NCBI RefSeq assembly: GCF_963921235.1
Contig: NC_086110.1
Coordinates: forward strand, 9,176,001-9,240,000
Source of the DNA: Mobula hypostoma
Taxonomy: Eukaryota
Reading direction: 5' to 3'
DNA: 64,000 nt
Shown: piece by piece, positions 43,100-51,852 of the stretch
Position numbering within the stretch: the stretch's first letter is position 1
How the letters are laid out: each line of letters starts with the position of its first letter
The notes under the pieces: model-generated
Told to the model about the DNA's origin: nothing
Seen by the model: the letters and a program-made list of their open reading frames with translations, nothing else
The model's database searches: none
Program-made: the position numbers and the translations under genes

Positions 43100-44850
43100 T
43101 GTCGTCGTGTACTCGGAGATGTAGGACAGATGTCGCTGCTGGCGGGACGACCAGGGGTCGGACACCTTAGTAAACGCAAAGGTAAGCGGTTTGTGGTCTG
43201 TGAACGCGGTGAAGGGCCTACCTTCTAGGAAGTACCTGAAATGCCGGATTGCCAGGTATAGTGCCAATAGCTCCCGGTCGAAAGCACTGTATTTGAGTAC
43301 GGGTGGTCGTAGGTGTTTGCCGAAGAACGCCAGGGGTTGCCAGCGACCCTGGATGAGTTGTTCCAGCACTCCACCAACTGCTGTGTTGGATGCGTCCACC
43401 GTGAGGGCAGTAGGAACGTCCGTTCTGGGGTGCACTAGCATCGCGGCGTTTGCCAAGGCTTCTTTGGTTTTAACGAAAGCCGTTGCGGCCTCTTCGTTCC
43501 AGGTAATGTCCTTGCCCTTACCCGACATTAGAGTGAAGAAGGGGCGCATGGTTCGGGCTGCTGAGGGGAGGAAACGGTGGTAGAAATTTACCATACCCAC
43601 GAATTCCTGCAAGCCTTTGATTGTGTTGGGTCGGGGGAAGTGGCGGACCGCGTCTACCTTGGCGGGCAGCGGGGTTGCCCCGTCTTTAGTAATCCTGTGG
43701 CCCAGGAAGTCGATGGTGTCGAGTCCGAACTGGCATTTGGCTGGATTGATTGTAAGGCCGAATTCACTCAGGCGGGAGTAGAGCTGGCGGAGGTGGGACA
43801 GATGCTCCTGCCGACTACTGCTGGCTATGAGGATGTCGTCCAAATAGATGAATGCAAATTCCAGGTCGCGTCCCACCGCGTCCATTAGCCACTGGAAAGT
43901 CTGTGCGGCATTCTTTAGACCAAACGGCATTCGGAGGAATTCGAAAAGTCCGAACGGGGTGATAAGTGCTGTTTTGGGGATGTCGTCCGGATGTACAGGG
44001 ATTTGATGGTATCCCCGGACGAGGTCTACCTTGGAAAAGATCCTTGCGCCGTGTAGGTTTGCTGCGAAGTCTTGAATGTGCGGCACAGGGTAGCGGTCTG
44101 GCGTTGTAGCCTCGTTCAGTCTGCGGTAGTCACCGCATGGTCTCCAGCCCCCCGTTGCCTTGGGCACCATGTGAAAGGGGGAGGCCCATGGGCTGTCGGA
44201 CCGTCGTATGATCCCTAATTCCTCCATCTTCTTGAACTCCTCCTTCGCCAGTCGGAGCTTGTCCGGGGAAAGCCTTCGAGCACGGGCGTGGAGGGGTGGT
44301 CCCTGGGTCGGGATGTGGTGCTGTACTCCGTGTCTGGGCATGGCTGCCGTGAACTGCGGTGTCAGTACTAATGGGAAATCCGCCAGGACCCTGGTGAATT
44401 CATCGTCGGACAGCGTGATGGAGTCCAGGTGTGGGGCTGGCAACTGTGCTTCACCCAGGGAGAACGTTTGAAAAGTCTTGGCGTGGACTAATCGCTTCCC
44501 TTGCAAGTCGACCAGCAGGCTGTGGGCTCGTAGAAAATCTGCCCCCAGCAGTGGTTGGGCCACGGCGTCCAGTGTGAAGTCCCACGTCAACCGGCTGGAG
44601 CTGAACTGTAGCCGCACCGTGCGGGTGCCGTAGGTTCGTATTGTGCTGCCATTAGCGGCCCTCAGGGTGGGTCCTGGTTCTCTGTTGCGGGTGTCGTAAC
44701 TCGTTGGAGGTAAGACGCTGATCTCCGCTCCGGTGTCGACCAAAAAGCAGCGTCCCGACTGCTTGTCCCAGACGTACAGGAGGCTGTCCTGATGGCCAGC
44801 CGCCGTAGCGATCGGCAGCGGCTGGGCCTTGGCGTTTCCCTGGAATTTGC
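43100..44850 (-). pseudogene. pol: Gypsy pol: aspartic protease, reverse transcriptase, RNase H (open frame)
   Basis: The 706-aa ORF 42923..45043 contains [69 protein letters not shown] and TDHKPL. The frame is lost at SEYTT near 43103. Confidence 0.95.
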
Positions 44851-45452
44851 AGGGCGGTCTGCAGCGGCGGGCCTCCGTGCCCCACCGCTGGTGGTAGAAA
44901 CACCATTGTTCGTTGGGCTCCTCACTCCCGTCGCCGGGTTTTGTAGGCTCTGCTGCCGGGCCCGTCTGGTCTGTCGTTGGGCACGCGGCTTGGTGATCTG
45001 TTGACGGATGCCCCTCTCTCTTTCCTGGCATTCCACAGCACATCTGCTCGGGCCGCCACCTCCCGGGGTTTGCTGAAATCTGCGTCGGACAGCAGCAGGC
45101 ATATGTCCTCGGGCAGTTGCTCTAGGAACGCCTGCTCAAACATGAGGCAGGGTTTGTGTCCTTCAGCCAGGGCCAGCATCTCGTTCATTAATGCTGACGG
45201 CGGCCTGTCTCCCAAACCATCCAGGTGCATTAAGCGGCGTGCTCGTTCGCGCCGTGAGAGTCCGAAAGTCCTTATGTGCAGGGTTTTGAATGCTGTGTAT
45301 TTGCCGTCCTCCGGGGGCGACTGTATAAACTCCTCAACTTGTGCAGCAGTCTCCTGGTCGAGGGAGCTCAGCACGTAGTAGTAGCGAGTGGACTCCGAGG
45401 TTATCTGCCGAATGTGGAATTGTGCTTCTGCTTGTTCGAACCATAAATGGGC
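44850..45452 (-). pseudogene. gag: Gypsy gag remnant, N-terminally truncated and frameshifted, with a Cys/His knuckle-like motif
   Basis: ORF 44922..45488 contains HLWFEQAEAQFHIRQIT...LDGLGDRPPSALMNEML. A downstream frame has [19 protein letters not shown]. Frame switches occur near 44960-45000. Confidence 0.85.
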
Positions 45453-45466
45453 CGTCGGGGTCACGA
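45453..45466 (-). other. Primer-binding site, tRNA-Trp type, with one mismatch
   Basis: The minus strand reads TCGTGACCCCGACG, 2 nt after the 5' LTR. This matches 13/14 of TGGTGACCCCGACG, the complement of the vertebrate tRNA-Trp 3' end (...CGTCGGGGTCACCA), as recalled. Confidence 0.8.
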
Positions 45467-45468
45467 AT

Positions 45469-45663
45469 TGTAGCGATGTGCTACACACAGCGCTAGAATA
45501 ACCACACGGAGTCGGTGAGTTAGAGTTGCGAAGAAAGAGGTTTATTCAAACTTCGCGGCCCGCGTTAAAGCCTTCTCGTTCCCGCCGTTTTTGCTGCCGG
45601 CCCTCTGCCTGCGCGCGCTGTTTCGTGAGCCGGTTCGTGGGTGTCAGAAAGTGGGTCGCCACA
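45469..45663 (-). mobile_element. Gypsy 5' LTR (195 bp)
   Basis: Direct repeat of 41553-41747, followed on the minus strand by the PBS and gag. Confidence 0.96.
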
Positions 45664-46229
45664 CTTTGGCATTTAAAAAAGTATGTATTTCAGTTTCACT
45701 GAATAGTACTAAATGCAAACCTGATTGAAAAATCTTAACATCACTCCCCACATGAATCTGAGATGTTTGACATCTGTTATATCACTCAGCTCTTCAAGAC
45801 AAAGAAGTTGATATCTCAGGGCATACAGTGCATTGGCATTGAAAGAAGTATATATTTCAATTTTACTCAAAGATACTGACTGCAAACCTGATGCAAACAT
45901 CTTAACATAACTCCCCACATGATTCAGAGATGTTTGAGACCTGTTATATCACTCAGCTATTCAAGACAAAAATGTTGATTTCTCAGTGTGTACAGTGCTT
46001 TGGCATTTAAAGTATATATTTCAATTTTACTCTCAAGTACTGAATACAAACTTTATGGAAACATCTTAATATAACTCCCCACATGTTTCTGAGTTGTGTG
46101 AGAGCTGTTATATCACTTAGCTATTCAAAATAAAAAAAGTTGATTTCTAAGTGCTTAGAGTGCTTTGGCATTAAAAGTATATATTTCAATTCTATTCTGA
46201 AGTACTGAATGGAAACCTTATGGAAACAT
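45664..46229. repeat. Distal diverged satellite monomers (about 3.4 copies) resuming after the Gypsy insertion
   Basis: The monomer phase resumes at CTTTGGCATT directly after the LTR and stops at CCTTATGGAAACAT, where the CR1 tail begins. Confidence 0.95.
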
Positions 46230-46890
46230 AGAAACATAGAAACATAGAAAATAGGTGCAGGAGTAGGCTATTCGGCCCTTCGAGCCTGCACCGCCATTTA
46301 ATATGATCGTGGCTGAACAATCCACAAGGGCCATATCTAACTCCCTGTTAAATATAGCCAATGAACTCACCTCAACTGTTTCCTGTGGCAGAGTATTGCA
46401 CAGATTCACCAATCTCTGTGTGAAGAAGTTTTTCCTAATCTCAGTCCTAAAAGGCTTCCCCCTTATCCTCAAACTGTGACCCCTCGTTCTGGACTTCCCC
46501 AACATCGGGAACAATCTTCCTGCATCTAGCCTGTCCAATCCCTTTAGGATTTTATACGTTTCAATCAGATCCCCCCTCAATCTTCTAAATTCCAACGAGT
46601 ACAAGCCTAGTTCATCCAGTCTTTCTTCATATGAAAGTCCTGCCATCCCAGGAATCAATCTGGTGAACCTTCTTTGTACTCTCTCTATGGCAAGGATGTC
46701 TTTCCTCAGATTAGGGGACCAAAACTGCACACAATACTCCAGGTGTGGTCTCACCAAGGCCTTGTACAACTGCAGTAGTACCTCCCTGCTCCTGTACTCG
46801 AATCCTCTCGCTGTAATTGCCAGCATAACATTCGCCTTTTTCACCACCTGCTCTATCTGCATGCCCACTTTCAATGACTGGTGTATAATG
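46223..46890 (-). mobile_element. CR1-clade LINE 3' end (ORF2 C-terminus, 3' stem-loop, (TATGTTTC)3 tail)
   Basis: Translation contains LYKALVRPHLEYCVQFWSP...YSLEFRRLRGDLIETYKI, typical of CR1. Inverted repeat GGTGCAGG...CCTGCACC and three GAAACATA units at 46223-46246. Cut at 46890 by an LTR. Confidence 0.95.
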
Positions 46891-47745
46891 TGTTACGTAT
46901 CCCGTAACTGGGTTGCCAAATCAGCATAAATGGATTACTCAGTTGGAGTCTGGATTACTAGAACTAAGAAAGTTTTACTAAAGAAACAAGCAACACAGTA
47001 CTCTAATCAAAAGGATAATAAATGCAACAGTTCAGAAATGATAAACATACAAGTACACAGAATTAAGATAACAGGATCAATCAAGCTCTATCGTTGTCTA
47101 GGGGTAAATGACCGGTTTCAAAGTGACGCAAAGTTCAGTTCAATTTAGTTCAGTTCAGTTCGCAGTAATCGCTGCCGTGGCGATGAACAGTGGGGGGAAG
47201 GAGAGAGAGAGAGCAAAACGGATGAATATTCAAAACAGCTTCCACACACAGACCTTCGCAGTCAGCTTTCGTGCGAGACCTTTGTGATGTCATCTGAGGT
47301 CACCGACTGTGACCTCTCCGTTTCCAGATGCGATCGTTTCTCTGCGGTGAACCCAGCACCCAGGCAAGGGTGGACACACACCAGGTTCCCGCCGATCGTG
47401 CCTTTCCACCCTGTGCGTCTATGGCCCGGTACTTCCCACTGACTTGTGAGAGACGCACCGCTTCCAGGGTCTTGTTACCTTGGGTGTCGTGTGTGTCCTG
47501 CCTTAGCAAACCTGTCCCTTTTTATCCCTCTGCTGGGGTATCGCCTGTCCATCACTTCAAACAGTTCAGTGTTCAAAGGGGGAGCCGCTCTTGACAGCTC
47601 TCCTTCCTTCATTAACATCTCCAAATGCTGTTCCATAGTTTTCCTTATGTCTCTCTCTCCTGAAGACAGGTGGCAGACCAACTGCTGATTCCACTGGTGC
47701 CAGCACATGACAGCTACATGTTAACCTACGTGTATTCTTGTCACA
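46891..47745 (-). mobile_element. 3' LTR (855 bp) of a truncated Gmr1-like Gypsy element
   Basis: TGTTACG...TGTCACA termini, clearly homologous to 53922-54766. Followed on + by CTTCCCCCCCTTT (PPT AAAGGGGGGGAAG on the minus strand, 47746-47758) and by pol remnants. Confidence 0.88.
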
Positions 47746-47758
47746 CTTCCCCCCCTTT

Positions 47759-49035
47759 AAGGATTTTTACCGGGGGGTAAAAATTACAAACATGAATACA
47801 TTATTTGGTACACACAAATATACACCTTTATCAGCTATTTGGCTAATACAGCGAGTTTGAAGTTGTCAACACCTTGACAGACAGTCAGCAATCACATTTT
47901 CTGTCCCTTTTATATGTGTTATTAATAATCCCTTAGACCAGGCTCCAATTTAGCAAACTTCATAGTGGCCAGAAACACTGATGAATTGCGATCAATGTAA
48001 CCTCTCATTGGGTGTCGTCCCGGACCACAATAACAAGGGTCGTCCCATTCCGACTTAGTTTTCTCTCACAAGGGCTTAGTAGAAGGGGGAGGGGTAGTGA
48101 CCGCAGAGTTATTGCAAAACTTCCTACAGTACCCCACCATCTCCAAGAGCCTTCTGAGGGCCCTCTTGTCTGTCGGGGTTGAGATTTCAGAGATAGCCCG
48201 CACTTTAGCTTCCATCGCTGCCAGCTGTCCCTGTGTCACCACAATTCCCAGATAAGTGACCTTCGTGTGGCCGAACTCATTTTTTTCAAGATTCACTATC
48301 AAGCTGGCTTCAGACAGCCGTATTACATCGCCAATACACACCTCTGTGTTCGTCAGCACTTTAGTCACTGAATTACTCATTCTATATGAATGTTGCTCGC
48401 TAGGCTGCCCTATTGTAACAAAGACCACCCAACGTCCCAGTTCTTTGCATCGCCTCGGGACAATCAAACATACGGGTGCGAGTCGTTTAATTACTTCTCC
48501 TAAAGAGTTGCTTTGTTCGGGGATTAAGGGAGAGACCTTATCAGCAGACCTGGCCACAACAATAGCCTTCTCCCATCTATCTGGTCGATACCATACTCAT
48601 CTTTTCAAAATGGTTTTTTTCTCTTATCGTGGGGACCCTAGCTTCATTGATTTCCGCGCTAACACCGACTAGGTTTGTTAGCATATCAAAAGCCTGTGAC
48701 CGTCTCAGTTCGCGTCGGTCATAATCAATAACATCCTTCCCCCTGGGCAGCCGGTAAACCTCTTTCATGATTTCACCAACTGTTTCCTCCAGCACCGCAA
48801 AATGTCCACCGGGGGGTACCTTGTGGGCCAGGTTAAAAACCTCATCCCCATAACTCTTTTGCACCACCCCCCATTCCTCATCATCTGCGGGTACGGTACT
48901 TGGTTTCCCTTTCTTCCTTAGCACTTCCTCCTCCACCAAAACCATCAGCCCCTCGTCTCGCTCCTGCGCCTGCATAAATTCTTTCCTGGCTAATGCTAAG
49001 TCTGTCTCAGCTCCCTCGCTAGCATACCTAACCTT
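47759..49035 (-). pseudogene. Degenerate, internally deleted pol of a Gmr1-like LTR retrotransposon (order INT, RT, RNase H)
   Basis: Along the minus strand: integrase Zn-finger-like EVFNLAHKVPPGGHF...KDVIDY (about 48725-48845), then RT C-terminal half LIVNLEKNEFGHTKVTYLG...RRLLEMVGYCRKFC (about 48110-48310), then RNase H end ITHIKGTENVIADCLSRC* (stop 47866-47868), then the PPT. The right boundary is approximate. Confidence 0.75.
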
Positions 49036-50192
49036 TACTAAACAGAGGGCTGAATATACTTTCCCCGCCTGTCTGCATTATTAAATTTCTTTCGATCCAC
49101 ACAGATCGGTACTATGCATCTGGCTTTGGAGCTGGAGGCAGTGTCCGCATACCAGTTGGTTATGACGTCAAACGCCTCCGTTCTCTCAAGTTGTGCTTGG
49201 CCTGTTCATCAATGAGGTTGTATTGTAGATTTTCTCAAATAAAACAACATGAGACCTTTTATGTTGAAGAAAAAACATAGAACTCATTTATTGCCCTCCA
49301 TATAAACTGAACACAAAGCCCCGTAAAGAGCATTTATGTAATTACATTAGACCAGCCTCTTAAAGTGAAAATCCAACTCAACGTCGGTGATTATGAATTA
49401 TGTTAATTTCCACCAACTACGAAACCCTATGCAGCCACCCTTCTCCCCATCCTACCAGAAAATGCACGAAAAGCGGCATTGTGAGCTTGTTTTGGATCCT
49501 ATGTTCTATGGATGGAATAACAACAGATGCATCTGGCTCGTCCAGAGGTGTGTTGACATACTCATGGTCATGTCGTGACGCTGGGGCGGCATGGTAGCGA
49601 AATCCTCTAAATCTTAATCGGCCGGTTTAAGGCGCTCTGCCGAAATACGTTCAAGTTTACATTCTTATCTATGATAAAAGTCTATTCTTTCCGTTACAAA
49701 ACATGTAAGTCTGTGATGGTGTGCATCATGGTGGACGGAAACAAATGATGCAAGATTTAAGTCAACGGCAATCCAAGGGTGCTGTACACTATGATGGGAG
49801 ATAGGAATAAGAATAGTTGAAAAGATCTGAATTTACTAAGGAGGGTGGAGTGCTGTGAGAGGTCGGCCAGCGACACTAATAGCTATGGGCGTGTTGGGGA
49901 GCGGTGCGCCAGTAGGGTGGCGCTGGAAAGATCTCCTTTGGTATCATCAAATGCCCTGGTCAGGTCAAACACTTAATTAGGGGCATTATCTTTAAGAACA
50001 CTACACAAGGACAGCATATGTTCAGCAGTTCGCGGAATAAACCGGTGATAGATGTTCGCCAAAGACCGTGCCTGTCTGAAAATGGAGTAGCAGCAATTTT
50101 GTGCTGCTCTTAGTTTTGTTTCTCTCCCCCTAGTTTAAACTTCGAATTTTAATTTTTTTATTTGCTAATTCTTGAGTGGGGACAATTTGTCT

Positions 50193-50986
50193 ATGTCTAC
50201 GAGGAGTGGGAAGAACTTGTCTGAGCATAATGACAAAGGTAATGGGAAAGGAAAGATCTGATGAAATGCCACCATAGGCTGAAGATATCGTTCGGACACT
50301 GAATTCAATTAAAGATCAGAATGGGTCAATTAAAAACCAACTGGAAAAGAATAGCAATGAAATGAAGTCATTTCTGGGAAAACTTAAAGACTTGGAAACT
50401 CAAGTTATTGCACACGAAGAGGAACTGAAGATAACTAAGCAAAAATTGTTCGAAGCTACAACTCGTTTGGAAAGATATCAAAATAAGATTATAGACCTGG
50501 AAACTAGGTCTCACCGAAGGAATATACGAATCGATGGGCTGCAAGAAGGAGCTGAAGATGGAGATTTAACTGTTTGCTTTGGAAAGCTGTTCATACTTTA
50601 TTTCCTACCATATTATCACAGCCGCCTACTGTAGAAAGAGCACACAGAGCTTTTACTTCGAAATTTAAAGATCTAAATAAACCAAGATCTGATTTGGTTT
50701 GTTTTTATCACTTTAAGATTAAAGATCGACAGGAAAGAAAACAGAGAGTTTTTAGATTTAAGGAATCTGGGTCTGTTTTTATGAGGATTATCTGAAGGAG
50801 ATAATGGAAAAAAGATCAAGATTTGCTCTGGTAATGAAACCCGCATATGATAAGAAACTGTTTCCTTCTTTGCGTTACCCGACAAGAATTAAAGTTTTTC
50901 CTCCTAACTCTCCTCCTCGTACATTTTTTGATCCAAAAGCCGCACTGGAGTTCATTCAAGTTATACCTGCCGCCGCTACCGAATGA
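50193..50986 (+). pseudogene. L1 ORF1p remnant
   Basis: Coiled-coil segment KLKDLETQVIAHEEELK...KIIDLETRSHRRNIRIDGLQEG (RRM entry motif); PPTVERAHR and LRYPTRIKV in shifted frames. Confidence 0.85.
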
Positions 50987-51852
50987 ACTATCTGAAAGGT
51001 TATTTGGTTATCTGTATATTATTGACATTTCGGAAAGAAGATTTATGAAGATTACTTGGATATTCCATTGAGAGACTAATACAAGAAAATAAGGAGATTT
51101 GTTCATTATTGCATATTATTGGTTTTTCTTTGGAAAGAAGATCTATGGTTCAAGTATGACTGTTTAAATGGTCACACATACATTCGACTGACAAAAGAAG
51201 ATAAAGGGACTTGTTTCTTTAACCGAATATCTGCTCTGATGTTCTTTTATGTTTCTTTCTTAATTAACTAATTGTTAGTTTTTCCTACTAATGGAGCTTC
51301 TTTCTATTTATATATTTAGCGGAGGGTTCAATTACTTATAATATTATTAATTGGTATTTTTGGAAATTTAGTTAGGTTAAATATGCTATCAACTTTTTTC
51401 TGCATTATTATAGCGTCTTATAAACGAATTTAAAGATGTTTTTAGGGATTTAATGTTATATTAAAAATGGCACCGTTTTTTTCTTTTTAAGAGATAACAT
51501 TATTTTGGTTCCTTCTTGTTTAATAGATGCTGGAATGTAAATACTTTCCCTTGTTGAGACTTTATTGTTTTTCTTACAAGGTCAGTCGTTTTTTTTAACT
51601 GGGGGGAGGGAGAGAAAATCCTTTTATTCTTTTCCTGTACAGACAGAGCGGTCCATGGCTTCGTATTCTATCATAAGTTTTTCTGGGCTTTGGGGGGACG
51701 AGGGTGGGGTTACAGTTAGGAGTTTTTTCCCCATTAAGTGGTTCCGGAGCATGCGTGTTCTCTATGTAGTCGCATTCTTCATCGCCGCCATTTTTGATCA
51801 TCCCGTATTGGTATGTGCTCTGCGCATGTGTAAAGTAGAATAAAATTATAGT

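Larger units (their letters stand above)
41553..45663 (-). mobile_element. Two-LTR Ty3/Gypsy retrotransposon, 4111 bp, inserted in the satellite; defective
   Basis: 195-bp direct LTRs with TG...CA termini. 4-bp TSD CTTT at 41549-41552 and 45664-45667. Domain order gag, protease ([10 protein letters not shown]), RT (YLDD), RNase H (TDHKPL), integrase (H-H-C-C, core, GPY/F). PBS and PPT are present. Confidence 0.97.

Noticed and set aside
41630-45378. Many + strand and alternative-frame ORFs within the Gypsy element
   Set aside because: Antisense or shadow ORFs expected in GC-rich coding sequence; no recognisable motifs.
49400-49600. Minus-strand frame SRHDHEYVNTPLDEPD... as a tyrosine-motif cytoplasmic exon of the Ig gene
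   Set aside because: Weak acceptor context, about 12 kb from the C1 exon, and no other support; a YVN motif arises easily by chance.
49570-49610. GGGGCGGCATGGTAGCG as a SINE head
   Set aside because: Only about 17 bp of resemblance, with no B box or body following.
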